Shown: in pieces, positions 18,955 through 29,120 of the stretch
Numbering within the stretch: the first letter of the stretch is position 1
Layout: each line of letters starts with the position of its first letter
Source of the DNA: a virus
DNA length: 64,000 nt
Reading direction: 5' to 3' (one strand)
IMG/VR virus record: IMGVR_UViG_3300049847_000416
Location: 1-64,000 of that record
Translations under genes and position numbers: made by a program
Notes under the pieces: generated by a model
The model's input: only the letters and a program-made list of their open reading frames with translations
What the model was told of the DNA's origin: nothing
Database searches by the model: none

Positions 18955-19401
18955 TTATCCTTGCTTCAACTTGATGATGCCTGTCACCGGCCAGACAACG
19001 CCGAAGCTACTGCCGTTGACCAGATAGGGAAGGCCTGTGACACCGGGGGACGACAGCCGCGCGATGAGGCGAGAAGTCGTGGGCACGCCGGTGTAAATGC
19101 ACAACACGAGTGAGTCCACGTTCTGCCCAGCAATTCCAGTCACACTGGGGAACGTGTAGTCGTCCGCATCCAGGATAACGTCATTTCCGACCACCGTACG
19201 CGTCTTGTTCAGTAGATTCGCGGCATTGAGTTGTGCACCAGCCGGGATGTCCGACAAAAACGTGTCGGTCAGTGCGTTAGGTGTGTACTGGGGAATCGTC
19301 CCTGACTCGTTCACCAAGACGAGACGGATGTTGTCGGTCACCCAGTTGAAGGATCCAGTAGCCTGCCACTGGAGGAATGGTGTGTAAATGATGTCTGCCA
19401 T
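18955..19401 (-). CDS. tail protein (paralog of 19401..19844)
   Basis: Shares LVNE.G..P.YTPN...D.F, LDA.D..FP.VTG and TSRLI with its neighbour. Confidence 0.6.
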   Translation of the reverse strand: MADIIYTPFLQWQATGSFNWVTDNIRLVLVNESGTIPQYTPNALTDTFLSDIPAGAQLNAANLLNKTRTVVGNDVILDADDYTFPSVTGIAGQNVDSLVLCIYTGVPTTSRLIARLSSPGVTGLPYLVNGSSFGVVWPVTGIIKLKQG

Positions 19402-19844
19402 TAGATGTCCGATAGGCTGAGGAGCTTGTCAACGCTGTTGGGCAGCAAGAAGATGAGGGCTGCACCAAATGGCGTAAAAGGGAAACCACTCACTGACGTG
19501 TAGTGGCAGATCAAGCGGGACGTGGCCGGGTTGCCAGTGTCGATCCAGAAGATGGCAGCGTCCACCTTGGACCCCGTCACTGCGGGAAAAAGCACGTCGG
19601 CAGCGTCCAGCACCACCTTCCGCGCGATCTGGGTAAGCGTCTTGCTCGTAACCGGAGCAGACACGAGAATGCTGCCGGCTGGCAACACATTGATGAATTC
19701 GTCCGCCGCGATATTCGGCGTGTATGTCGGGGCGGCTCCGGTCTCGTTTACCAGGCTGCACATGAGAGTGTCAGTGAGCGGATTGAAAGCTCCACCGCTC
19801 CACTGCCACATCTCAAATTTCGTGTATACAAAGTCCACATTCAA
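19401..19844 (-). CDS. tail protein (paralog of 18955..19401)
   Basis: First gene after the tape measure; same motifs as its neighbour. Confidence 0.6.
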   Translation of the reverse strand: MNVDFVYTKFEMWQWSGGAFNPLTDTLMCSLVNETGAAPTYTPNIAADEFINVLPAGSILVSAPVTSKTLTQIARKVVLDAADVLFPAVTGSKVDAAIFWIDTGNPATSRLICHYTSVSGFPFTPFGAALIFLLPNSVDKLLSLSDI

Positions 19845-19852
19845 TAGAATCG
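19845..19852 (-). promoter_or_regulatory. putative late promoter CGATTCTA
   Basis: CGATNNTA motif in a 14-bp intergenic gap. Confidence 0.6.
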
Positions 19853-19858
19853 TTGGAC

Positions 19859-22800
19859 CTACACGGGAACGCCCGCAGATCGCACAACCTGCATGATCTG
19901 CGTGGCGATGTCCGCTGGATTAGTCACGCCAGGCGGGACGTGTACCGTGATGTTGAACGTCTGCGGAGTACTGCCGACAGACGGCTGACTGGCGATCAGG
20001 CCCGCCCGTACGCTACCTTCAGCGTAGTTCGGGCGCGTCAAGGCTCCCGTTTCGTAGCTGATCGGCGTGTACACCGGCAGTGGGTTTGACGCATTCCACG
20101 GGATCACGGGTGGCAACACCGGCAGATTAGACTGAGACATGCCCGGTCCATTCCAGCCAGTATAGTTGGCGATCCACTGTGATGGATCCGGTTCTGGCTG
20201 ACCAACGCGCGAGCGCTCCTCTTCGCGCCGCGTCTGCTGAAGCAAGTCCTCCAGAGTGGGCATGATCGTCCGGGCATTCCTGGTGTCAATCACTGGACCC
20301 GGAGGAGTCAAGCTGTTCGCCGACTGAAAACCTACTGGACCTTCGCCAGGGCCGTACCACGGGCGATTTGGTTGTGAGACCTGATTGGTGCTTGGTCCCG
20401 GATACGGGGGCAGGCCACTCGGGCCTGACGAACCGGCTTGGGAAGATCCCATGGGCTCCATCGCAGTCCCTGTACCACCCTGACCAGACTCAACCTTCCC
20501 GGCTGCGCCCGGTGCATAAAATTCAACCGGAGCGGTGTACGCTGTTTGTTTGTCCACTTTTGCCGCTACGGCACCCACCGCTCCCGCCAGGGAGTTGGCA
20601 GCCTGCCCCACAGCATCCAGGGAGTCTCCAGCGTTCTGGGCCGCGTACGCCAAGTTGCTAGTGGCCTGTGTGGCTCCAGCCGCTGTGTCGCCCGCTTTGA
20701 CAAATTCGGCAGCAACCGCGTTGGTCGCAGCGGTCAAATACTCGTCACTGCGCAGCACCCGGACAATCTGATTGTCGTAGGCGTTCACGAGGAACCGGAC
20801 GTGCGTTGTGGTGTCCTCAATGATCGCGTGCATGCCATTGTCATACAACTGATTGGACGTGCGAAGATTGGACCCAAACTGCGTAACGTAGCTGTGCAAC
20901 TCCTTGCTCGACTTATCTACGAAGTCTCCCAGCTTTTCGGTGTACTTCACAGTCGTGGCCGACAAGCCGTAGGACGCGATGGCTTCGCTGGCGGATACAG
21001 CAGAAGCAGCCGTCCCCGCAAGAGCGGTGCTGGTCATATCGGCGGCGGCACTCACAGCGGTAGCAGACACAGCCCCGGCCTGATTGGCATAGGCACTGGT
21101 TTGTAGCGCCGTGTCCAATTGACGCAAGTTGTCTTCGGTATCAGTCATAGACGCACCGAGAGACGCGGTATACTGTGCAGCGAGCTTCGCCGCTTCTTCC
21201 ACGTATGGATTCGTTACGCTGGGAGAAAAAGTACCGGCTGGCGGGACGGGCGTATTGGGAGTGCCCGTCTCTGTATCCGGGCGTGCCGACTCTCCACCAC
21301 CGCCGCCACCGACTCCGCCGGCGAGGATAGCTTCGTAGATCCGCACCAAGTCCCCATTCAAGATGCTGCTCATGGCTTCAATGTGGTTCACCATTGCATT
21401 GAAACCTTCTACCATGTTTAGCTGGAGTTCAAAAATCCGGCCATTGATCGTCTCATTGATTTGGGCGAGGTTGTCTTCCAGCATTCCTTGCCCCATCGCC
21501 TTTTTCGTGAGTGCAATAAGGTCCTGGAGCAACCCTTTAGTCCATCGGGTGGACTCTTCAATGCGGGCGATATCTTTCTCCATCCGTCGCTGTACTGTGT
21601 AAGATAAGATCCCCGTTACAAACGTACCGATCTGGGAGATCATACCCGCGATAGACATCACCGACGACATGATCGACGACACGGATTTCGTCGCGGAGAT
21701 GGTAGCGTTCGTCGCGGCGGCGGTTCCTTCTGCCACCTTGGCCGAAGCTGTGGTAAGTGCGGTTCCTGCCTGACCGACTGAGGAAACACTATCCCACATC
21801 TTGTTTGCGGCTGCACCAATAGCTTCGGTGCCCTGCGCGGTCATCGCAGCGGCTTTAGCCGTCTGAACGGCTGCGCTGGTGGCGGCGTTCGCGGCTCCAA
21901 CGATGTCTTTCGCCCCGCCGAATGCGGACGCCAGTGCGCCCGACAGAGAAGGAATGTGCCCAACAATCTGCTGCATCCCTTTGTACAGGGTGCCCAGAAC
22001 TACGTCACTCACGAACTTACCGACAAGGCCAGTGATTCCGTTCAGCAAATTGTTGAACATATCGTTGACGGGATCGCTGAAAGACTTCTTCAGCGCATGC
22101 CACATCTTCGTGCCCATCTTCCCGATGCTGTCAATCGCCCCTTTTCCATCGAATTTGAATATGTCGATGTTGAAGAGGCTGCCCATCGTCTTCACGAACA
22201 TGGCGCTCGTGTCAGAAAATGCCTTAGTGAAACCTGCCACGCCCGTCTGAATGGTCTTGTCCCACAGACCTTTGTACATGTCAGCAGCAGTTGATGTACC
22301 GATTCGGAGATGATCAAAATACGTATCGACGGCGGCCAATTTCTGCTGCTCGATCATCGCCACAGACGCCATGATCTGCTCATTCGAGAGCATGCCAGCT
22401 TGGCCGTACTTCACCAGGTTGGCGGTAGCTTCCTGGATGCCATCAGAAATTTTCTGGAAGCGCAATTCACTCCAGACCGACTCCATGGACAATCCAATGG
22501 TTTTTAGTTCTGCATCAACTTCCGCTAAGCTTGCTTTGAACTTCGCAGAGAAGCCAGCGTCCTGCATGTCGTTGTACAGCTTCCGCAGATAGGCCGCAGA
22601 GATGCCGGCGGTCTTGGAGGCTTTGTTATACATCTCCGTCGCGGCTTCGTACGTCTGCTGGAAGCGGTCTGGACCAGCCGCTACCTGATCAAAAAATTCC
22701 TTGGTAGATATGCCCAGCGCAGTCATCTTCGTGTGGAACTCTTCCAGGTGGACGCCAGCATTGGTGGCCCACTCACGGAGGCGCACGTTCTCTGCCTGCT

Positions 22801-25800
22801 TTTGCAGTTCGGCAAATCCCAGCCCAGTGAGCTTCACCCGCTTCTCGATATCTGCATACAGCGTCTTAGCGGCTTCCAGATCATTCGCCTGCGCCGGAGT
22901 CATGGAAGCGTTCTTCCACACGTCTTTGATTTCCGTGCCCAGTTCGCGTGCTTGGGCTTGCAGGTCTTTGAAGCTTTTCCCGGTGGCTTCGTCCAACTTG
23001 GCATTCGCCAACTGATTCTTGGCGTTTACCAATGCTTCAGGGATTGTCAGCAAACCGGCCCGCATCAGGTCTTCCACCATCTTCAGGTTCGTTTCCGCAG
23101 TTTTGCGGAGTCCAGTAAACCCGGCTTCCCCACCCTGCTTAATCGCTGAACCCAACTCTTTGGCTTTTACCCCAAGCGTGGAAAAGCGAGCTTCCACTTC
23201 TTTGAACGACATGCCGGCTGCGGCGGCAATCTGTGCCTCGCGGACTTTTTCGTCTAGCTTATCTTTACCACCCGGCGTCATCTCCCGGCCACCTGAGAAC
23301 TTCAGGCCTCGGAGAATGTCCGCAGCTTTCTTCGCCTCGTCGGCCACCACCTGCAAATCACTGACACTGCCAGTGATGTCTTTCTTGAAGAAGTCCTTGA
23401 TGGGATCCAGGCCCGCCTGCGCCAGATGCTTCCATGCTGCGACAGATGCGTTGATCTTTTCAGTGGCCGAAGAAAATGACCCTTCCACCGTCAAACCTGC
23501 GTTGTCAGCCATCTCCATCAGTGCGTCTTCCTGCGCCTTGACAGCAGAGGTCAGAGAGTCTTTAGCCTTCGCGGTAAGGTCTTTGTTGTTCAGGACACCT
23601 ACCCGAAATTTCTCTAGGCTCTCCAACGCCGTCTGCACCGACTTCGGATTCATAAACTTGTTGGCGAAATCCTCGGCGTCCGTGGGAACGGTGCTGATCA
23701 TGATTTCCAACTGCTTGTGAGCCGCTGCGAAGGCGTTCTCGGCGGCTTTGGCCCCTCGCGTCACGCCCCCAGTGGTGCGGTTAAGGGTCTCACCAAATCC
23801 AATGTACCGCTGAGAGAAGTCAGTGACGACTGCCGCTGTCTCCGAAATTTTCTGTTTGAAAGCCTCGAACTCTACGGGAGTGACCTTCCCCGCCTTTTGC
23901 AAGGCTTTCAGATCCAGAGCCAGTTTTCCCAACTCACGAGACGCTGCATTGGCCCCCGGCAGGAAAGCCGCTGCCCCCGCCTGCGTCTTCGTCCCTATGG
24001 CGATTTCGTTGTTGATCGCTGCATACTGGGCTCGAATCGCAGAAATTTTCGCGTTCCACCCAGTTAGAGCCCCAGTCTCGATATCAGGAGCACCCGACTT
24101 AAACTTGGCGTTGAAGTCATTTGGACGCAGACCGACAAACGCGTCTTGGAGGCCAGCCTTCGCGCGAGTGGATGGATCCACAACACTGTTGAAGACTTCT
24201 GACACCAACCCACCAAAACCCGAGTTTTGCAAGTCGGCACGCAACTTCGGCACCAACCCCTTGAACGGATTTACCTCCAAAATGGCAGAGGCCACGCTGT
24301 ACACCGTGCGGCGCACGGCATCGCCCCACGACATAAACTCCCCGATGTTGGCCTGCAACACTTGGCGTAACCCAATGAACTGGGGAAACAAAGTGTCGAA
24401 ATAGCCTGCGATCACCGGGATCAGCTTCGAGATCTCTGAACCAAGGATATGGAAGTCCTCTTTCAGATCCCCGAACATAACCTTGACATTTTCCCAGTCG
24501 GAAATAATCGTATAAGCGACGACACCCAAGGTGCCGGCAGCAATCCCCATGGAGACCATGGCGGCAGTGGTCATCTCGAAACCTAACACCACCTGGGACA
24601 ACCCAGCAGCAGTCCGCCCTTGCTGGGTCTGAAGCGCGGCCTGTGCCGCCGCTTGGGCGTTGGTTTCAATCGTGGCTGCCCGGAGGGCTGCTGCTTCCGC
24701 CGCAGCGGCTCGCTCCAACTGGGTAGTCGTTTGGATGGTTTGGAGCTTGGCGGCATTGACCGCCAGTAGCTCAGCTTCCGTAAACAGCCCTTGCTGAACC
24801 GGGCTGGTCACGGAGGGCTTTGTAAAAAAGCTCAGTTGCTCTGCGACTTTGGCTCCTGGTCCCGTCAAGTTCGCAAGCTGCCCCTGCTGTTTCACGGTCA
24901 AGGCCGCTCGGGCTGCTACCGCTTCTTCAGCTTCTGCTGCCGCCAGGCGCTGGGTAGCCACGGTCATGGCATTAACCGACTGGGTGGCTGCCCCAATGGC
25001 TACGGCGGATGTGGTAGCCGTTGTCTGCATGGCCTGAAATCCACGTGCCGCCATGAACAACGCTTCTAGGCCCGCTCGCATTGAGTTAAACGCACTCATG
25101 CTGCGAACCAGGCCCGCCACCGCAAGGAATGCAGGACCGACCACCGCAGCCAAGCCACCGATCACTGTGGCAAACGTCCGCGTTTCTAGACTGAGAGACC
25201 CGAACCACCGCGCCGCGTCTACCGCAAAGTTGGCGACCTTGATCCCAATGTCTAACAGGGATTGTGCAATGGGAGCCAACGCGGTGCCAAACTCGATGAA
25301 AGCCACGTTGATGGTGGCCGTGAACTTTTTCCAGGAGTTCACGACGTTATTCATCATGATGTCGGCCATCTCTTTGGCCGACCCCTTGAAAGCATCGAGT
25401 TCTTCGATTTTTTGTTTCAGCCCCATGGAGTTGGAGATGATAATGTCCACAGAGCTAAACTGCCGACCAAAAATCTTCCAGCCCACCGACGCATTCTCGA
25501 CAAGGGGCTGAAGCGCATTCACCACGTCAGAGAAGCTTTTCATGTGCCCAGTAGCGTCAAACACATTGATGCCCAGTTCCTTGAGCATCGCGGCTTTCTT
25601 GGGGCTGAGAGACTCCAGGGCCGATTCCAGAAGTCGAACTGCGGTACCAGCGGATGTGGCGCGGATACCAGAGTCACCGAGAACAGCCAGACCTGCGGCA
25701 ACCTCTTTCAGACTCCAACCAGCGATCTGGGCTGCCGGCGCAGCATACTTCAAAGAGTTTGTGAGGTTGGTGAGTGTGACCGCAGAGATAGCGGAAGTTT

Positions 25801-26311
25801 TCGCCAGGATGTCCACTACGTCACTCGCGCCTTCCGCAGAAATGTGGAAGCCCTTCATCACGTTAGAGAGAGCGATGGACGCTTTCTCTAGGCTGATGCT
25901 TTCAATCTGCGCCAAGCGCATCGTAGCGGGAATCGTTTGAAGGACGCTCTCTGCTGAGAATCCAGCCGCCGACAATTCGGCCATGGCGTCCGCGACATTC
26001 TTGGCTGAGAAAACACCTTGCCTGCCAAACTCTTTTGCCGCCTCGGTCATCTGGCCGAACAGTTCGCGGTCCGCGACAGAGCCCAAGGCTTTGACACGCG
26101 CCATCGCGGCATCAAATTCGCCAAAGGCTGTCAGGCTTTCCCGCACCGCACCGATGATGGGCGCACTGATGGCCGTACTGAGGACGAGCCCGGCTTCCGC
26201 GAAGCCTCGGGAGATCTCGTTCAACCGCCGAGACGTTTGCAACAACTGGCTGTTGAAGTCCGTGGGGTCTAACGACAGCGTTGCAATGAGTTCGCCTACA
26301 GTGATGGACAT
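19859..26311 (-). CDS. tail tape measure protein (TP901 family core)
   Basis: 2150 aa, Ala-rich helical; FDAAMARVKA...FSAKNVADAM..L..AGF...LKYAAPAA...GIRATSAGTA. Confidence 0.93.
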   Translation of the reverse strand: MSITVGELIATLSLDPTDFNSQLLQTSRRLNEISRGFAEAGLVLSTAISAPIIGAVRESLTAFGEFDAAMARVKALGSVADRELFGQMTEAAKEFGRQGVFSAKNVADAMAELSAAGFSAESVLQTIPATMRLAQIESISLEKASIALSNVMKGFHISAEGASDVVDILAKTSAISAVTLTNLTNSLKYAAPAAQIAGWSLKEVAAGLAVLGDSGIRATSAGTAVRLLESALESLSPKKAAMLKELGINVFDATGHMKSFSDVVNALQPLVENASVGWKIFGRQFSSVDIIISNSMGLKQKIEELDAFKGSAKEMADIMMNNVVNSWKKFTATINVAFIEFGTALAPIAQSLLDIGIKVANFAVDAARWFGSLSLETRTFATVIGGLAAVVGPAFLAVAGLVRSMSAFNSMRAGLEALFMAARGFQAMQTTATTSAVAIGAATQSVNAMTVATQRLAAAEAEEAVAARAALTVKQQGQLANLTGPGAKVAEQLSFFTKPSVTSPVQQGLFTEAELLAVNAAKLQTIQTTTQLERAAAAEAAALRAATIETNAQAAAQAALQTQQGRTAAGLSQVVLGFEMTTAAMVSMGIAAGTLGVVAYTIISDWENVKVMFGDLKEDFHILGSEISKLIPVIAGYFDTLFPQFIGLRQVLQANIGEFMSWGDAVRRTVYSVASAILEVNPFKGLVPKLRADLQNSGFGGLVSEVFNSVVDPSTRAKAGLQDAFVGLRPNDFNAKFKSGAPDIETGALTGWNAKISAIRAQYAAINNEIAIGTKTQAGAAAFLPGANAASRELGKLALDLKALQKAGKVTPVEFEAFKQKISETAAVVTDFSQRYIGFGETLNRTTGGVTRGAKAAENAFAAAHKQLEIMISTVPTDAEDFANKFMNPKSVQTALESLEKFRVGVLNNKDLTAKAKDSLTSAVKAQEDALMEMADNAGLTVEGSFSSATEKINASVAAWKHLAQAGLDPIKDFFKKDITGSVSDLQVVADEAKKAADILRGLKFSGGREMTPGGKDKLDEKVREAQIAAAAGMSFKEVEARFSTLGVKAKELGSAIKQGGEAGFTGLRKTAETNLKMVEDLMRAGLLTIPEALVNAKNQLANAKLDEATGKSFKDLQAQARELGTEIKDVWKNASMTPAQANDLEAAKTLYADIEKRVKLTGLGFAELQKQAENVRLREWATNAGVHLEEFHTKMTALGISTKEFFDQVAAGPDRFQQTYEAATEMYNKASKTAGISAAYLRKLYNDMQDAGFSAKFKASLAEVDAELKTIGLSMESVWSELRFQKISDGIQEATANLVKYGQAGMLSNEQIMASVAMIEQQKLAAVDTYFDHLRIGTSTAADMYKGLWDKTIQTGVAGFTKAFSDTSAMFVKTMGSLFNIDIFKFDGKGAIDSIGKMGTKMWHALKKSFSDPVNDMFNNLLNGITGLVGKFVSDVVLGTLYKGMQQIVGHIPSLSGALASAFGGAKDIVGAANAATSAAVQTAKAAAMTAQGTEAIGAAANKMWDSVSSVGQAGTALTTASAKVAEGTAAATNATISATKSVSSIMSSVMSIAGMISQIGTFVTGILSYTVQRRMEKDIARIEESTRWTKGLLQDLIALTKKAMGQGMLEDNLAQINETINGRIFELQLNMVEGFNAMVNHIEAMSSILNGDLVRIYEAILAGGVGGGGGGESARPDTETGTPNTPVPPAGTFSPSVTNPYVEEAAKLAAQYTASLGASMTDTEDNLRQLDTALQTSAYANQAGAVSATAVSAAADMTSTALAGTAASAVSASEAIASYGLSATTVKYTEKLGDFVDKSSKELHSYVTQFGSNLRTSNQLYDNGMHAIIEDTTTHVRFLVNAYDNQIVRVLRSDEYLTAATNAVAAEFVKAGDTAAGATQATSNLAYAAQNAGDSLDAVGQAANSLAGAVGAVAAKVDKQTAYTAPVEFYAPGAAGKVESGQGGTGTAMEPMGSSQAGSSGPSGLPPYPGPSTNQVSQPNRPWYGPGEGPVGFQSANSLTPPGPVIDTRNARTIMPTLEDLLQQTRREEERSRVGQPEPDPSQWIANYTGWNGPGMSQSNLPVLPPVIPWNASNPLPVYTPISYETGALTRPNYAEGSVRAGLIASQPSVGSTPQTFNITVHVPPGVTNPADIATQIMQVVRSAGVPV

Positions 26312-26319
26312 ATCACTAG

Positions 26320-26327
26320 TAAGATCG
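26320..26327 (-). promoter_or_regulatory. putative late promoter CGATCTTA
   Basis: 8 nt upstream of the tape measure ATG. Confidence 0.6.
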
Positions 26328-26328
26328 T

Positions 26329-26354
26329 GAAAGGCCCTGGTAGCTCCAGGGCCT
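26329..26354 (-). terminator. terminator after tail chaperone
   Basis: AGGCCCTGG-AGCTA-CCAGGGCCT followed by TTC. Confidence 0.6.
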
Positions 26355-26356
26355 GG

Positions 26357-26820
26357 TCAGCTTTTCTTCAGGATTCGGAGGGCTTCTTCGGGCGTGACTT
26401 TACTGACGGTGGGAGCTACATAACCACCCATAGCGGAGGTGATATAGGCTGCGTGCGCCTTGACCTTTTCCCAGTCAGGAGCTTGTGCAGCGGCTTTGGC
26501 GTCGGCTGCCTTCCCAGCGTTCTCCGGCATGCCCCCAAATGGGAATACCACGTCAGCATACACGGGAGCTACGTAATCAGCCGCCTCTTTGTTCAAGTGT
26601 GTAGTAAGATACAGGTACCGCAGATTAGCGACTTGGTACTGTTGGAGATCGAGGAACTCTTTGTGTGACCGACGCAGCAACTGGATCTCGTGAAAGGTGC
26701 GAGACAAAAACTCCTCGTCCGTCAGGCGGAGATGCACGCGGCAGTCAGCCCAGAGGTCTTCCAGGCTCTCTGCGGCTGACTTCTGAGGAACTACCCGGCC
26801 AGCATCTCGTGGCCCAGGCG
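26357..26820 (-). CDS. tail assembly chaperone, frameshift extension (gpT-like)
   Basis: The -1 frame is open from the slippery site: SPGPRDAGRVVPQKSAAESLEDLWADCRVHLRLTDEEFLSRTFHE... Confidence 0.8.
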
Positions 26821-27165
26821 AAAAGGGCGAACACGCTCGGGGTCTCCCTCGTTCGAGGTCTGAAACGCCCCCTGCAAGGCGGTAATCACTGCATACGCCG
26901 ATGGGGCATCCAGTAGTTCCAAAAAGTCCGACGCCGTCCGTTTGGGGGTGACGTGTTCGGTGGCCATCACGAGTAGCTCTGCTACGTCTTCGATGGGAAG
27001 GCTATTCCAGTCTTCCATGTTCATAATCGAGCGGCCATCTTTCTCCAGCACGTTGACCACAGAACGCATGGTAAAGCGGAGAGGAAAGTCGATTCCCCCG
27101 ATGCGGACATTCACGAAGGGCGTGATGTATGCCACGTCTGGGATGAGTTGCAATTGGTCTGACAT
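26791..27165 (-). CDS. tail assembly chaperone (gpG-like)
   Basis: Between the major tail and tape measure genes; carries a slippery heptamer near its end. Confidence 0.8.
   Translation of the reverse strand: MSDQLQLIPDVAYITPFVNVRIGGIDFPLRFTMRSVVNVLEKDGRSIMNMEDWNSLPIEDVAELLVMATEHVTPKRTASDFLELLDAPSAYAVITALQGAFQTSNEGDPERVRPFRLGHEMLAG
26821..26827 (-). other. programmed -1 ribosomal frameshift site C CCT TTT
   Basis: In-frame X XXY YYZ heptamer (Pro-Phe); a -1 shift joins the downstream ORF. Confidence 0.85.
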
Positions 27166-27172
27166 CAGTTCT

Positions 27173-27208
27173 AGTATAACAGAAAAAGGCCACCCGGTGG
27201 GGTGGCCT
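27173..27208 (-). promoter_or_regulatory. terminator fused to extended -10 promoter (TGTTATACT)
   Basis: AGGCCACCC-CACC-GGGTGGCCT, TTTTC, TGTTATACT, then 7 nt to ATG 27165. Confidence 0.7.
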
Positions 27209-27233
27209 CTTTGTCAGTCACGTACTGGCTGGG

Positions 27234-27677
27234 TTAGGCAATAACTAGGTTGCCCGCGATCTTGAAAGTGCAGGAGGCACTGAGGATCGCGGCGGGGTCA
27301 GCGGTCACGTCAAAAGACGTAATGAACGCCGAGAAGGCCCACGTGGTCTGCGTCGGATCCGGGAAGACCAGTTGGAAATTCCGGCATGCTCGCGTAACGA
27401 CACAGAACGTCAATCCACCCGTCGCGCCGTGGGTCGGCTCTTTGGGGTTGAAGTTGATGGTGGTGCTGACATCACCGAAATTGATGAGACCCGGCACGTA
27501 GCGGCGGGTAGGACTCGCCGAATTGTGCACGGTGGTTTCGAGCGCGTCGGTGCTGATCTTGGGACCAGACAAGGTCTTCAGTTCCGCGATACGCATAAAC
27601 GTTTCGGGACTGCCCCCATCTCCCATTTTCAGCAGCATTCCGAACGCGGAGAGGGCTGCGGAGCTAGAACAACTCAA
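27234..27677 (-). CDS. major tail tube protein
   Basis: GDGGSPETF..IAE....GP....D.LETT......RYVPGL..FG...NF.P; FQLVFPD...WAFSAFIT; lambda gpV-like. Confidence 0.88.
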   Translation of the reverse strand: MSCSSSAALSAFGMLLKMGDGGSPETFMRIAELKTLSGPKISTDALETTVHNSASPTRRYVPGLINFGDVSTTINFNPKEPTHGATGGLTFCVVTRACRNFQLVFPDPTQTTWAFSAFITSFDVTADPAAILSASCTFKIAGNLVIA

Positions 27678-27712
27678 AGTGTGTGTTTCCTTTCTTCAGA
27701 GATGGTGGAGAG

Positions 27713-28042
27713 TTAGAGCCGAACCACTGCGTACGACAACGTCGCGGCAGAACTCGTGATCTTGATGCCTTGCGATCCGATCCACCCGATGGTGGTGTCG
27801 AACAGCTTGAAACGGTATTCACCCGCCGCACTGGTGTGCACTTCATTCAGCGAGCGAGCTTCCAAATCAGGAGTTCCCTCGATGGTGGCCGTGCCAACCC
27901 CTTTGATGACGAGCAAGTCGTAGCCGCTCGGGTTGAAGAAGTTACCGTTGACAGTGTCGCCAGCGGTGAACGTCAAAGCATGGATGTTTGCGGCAGTCGG
28001 GTAATTTCCCGTGCCTTGCGTGATGGCAATAGCGGTAGCCAT
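27713..28042 (-). CDS. small putative virion protein (paralog 1 of 3)
   Basis: AGDTVNGNFF...LL...G.GTATI...D...R. Confidence 0.6.
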   Translation of the reverse strand: MATAIAITQGTGNYPTAANIHALTFTAGDTVNGNFFNPSGYDLLVIKGVGTATIEGTPDLEARSLNEVHTSAAGEYRFKLFDTTIGWIGSQGIKITSSAATLSYAVVRL

Positions 28043-28386
28043 TATTTCTTGTTGACCTCCATAACGCGGACGACGGTGTCAGCCGGTGTGCCGGCGATAA
28101 TGTTGATTTTGCCCGAGGGCGTGGCCCAACCAACGGGGAACTTGAACGGTCCCAACACAATGTCCGATCCCGCTGGGATCGAAAATGTGGTATCCACCGC
28201 TCGGTCCGAACCATCCGGTTCACCCTTAACGGTGAAGTTCACCGCACCTGCGCCCGTGTTCGTCACGTGGAGCAATGTGAACCCCAAGCCAGGGACGCTG
28301 TCTCCGGTCGCTACCGGAGTTTGGGCCGGAACAAGGCTACCCTGCCCCCGCCCGGAATCCAATTCAGTACTTAGCAAAGCTGCCAT
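28042..28386 (-). CDS. small putative virion protein (paralog 2 of 3)
   Basis: GD.....LLHVTNTGAG...TV...PDG..R. Confidence 0.6.
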   Translation of the reverse strand: MAALLSTELDSGRGQGSLVPAQTPVATGDSVPGLGFTLLHVTNTGAGAVNFTVKGEPDGSDRAVDTTFSIPAGSDIVLGPFKFPVGWATPSGKINIIAGTPADTVVRVMEVNKK

Positions 28387-28412
28387 TTGTCTTTCAGACC
28401 TCTTTCATCTAA

Positions 28413-28420
28413 TATGATCG
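28413..28420 (-). promoter_or_regulatory. putative late promoter CGATCATA
   Basis: CGATNNTA immediately after the upstream stop codon. Confidence 0.55.
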
Positions 28421-28753
28421 TTACCGCGCGACGGTGAGAAAGGCTACGTCCACCAAACCCACGGAGTCAATGTACAGTGATCCGTCAAGTTGTTGGAATC
28501 CAGTCTGGACCAGAGGAGCCACAATCTGGACGTTGGCACCCGGCACCACCGTAATGTCGTTGGTTCGGCCAAACGGATCCGCCACACTGCGAATCGTGGC
28601 TGTACCCGCACCCCGGAACAGCAGAATGTCGCCGTAGGTGTATTGCAGAAAATTTCCGTTCAACGAGTCCAGTGGAACCCACGTTATGGTGGACTGGTAC
28701 GGAGCCGCGTACATGCTGCTGACCGGCTGCCGTGTGATGTATGTTCTAGCCAA
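28421..28753 (-). CDS. small putative virion protein (paralog 3 of 3)
   Basis: DSLNGNFL...ILL.RGAGTATI....DPFGR. Confidence 0.6.
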   Translation of the reverse strand: MARTYITRQPVSSMYAAPYQSTITWVPLDSLNGNFLQYTYGDILLFRGAGTATIRSVADPFGRTNDITVVPGANVQIVAPLVQTGFQQLDGSLYIDSVGLVDVAFLTVAR

Positions 28754-29120
28754 TTCCGAGATCCTCCAGGCTCAATGCGCCTTTGTTGATTAGGTCGTTC
28801 AACGCGCTGTCCAGCACAGAATCAGCCGCCTTTATCTGTTCTTCGACGCTCGGCAGGGCGGGAACTTTTTCTTTGTCGGGTACAGGATTCGCGTTCTTGT
28901 AGGGAATCCAGTGCCGAACAACTAGGTGTTCGAGCACGTCTGCCAGCAACCCGGAGTCATACGCACAGAAGTTGCAGCAGAACAAATCGACATCTACGCC
29001 CCACTTGCGGAGATGCCACCCCTTGGAGTAGCTGTCTTCCGGGGGTATCCGGTCGGCCATGGCCAAAATATTGGGGTAGTCAGGCCGTGGGATGGGAGTG
29101 TAATCGAATTTGTAAGCCAT
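28746..29120 (-). CDS. hypothetical protein with C2H2-like zinc finger
   Basis: TAATG-coupled start at 29120; CNFC-x12-H-x4-H. Confidence 0.55.
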   Translation of the reverse strand: MAYKFDYTPIPRPDYPNILAMADRIPPEDSYSKGWHLRKWGVDVDLFCCNFCAYDSGLLADVLEHLVVRHWIPYKNANPVPDKEKVPALPSVEEQIKAADSVLDSALNDLINKGALSLEDLGIG

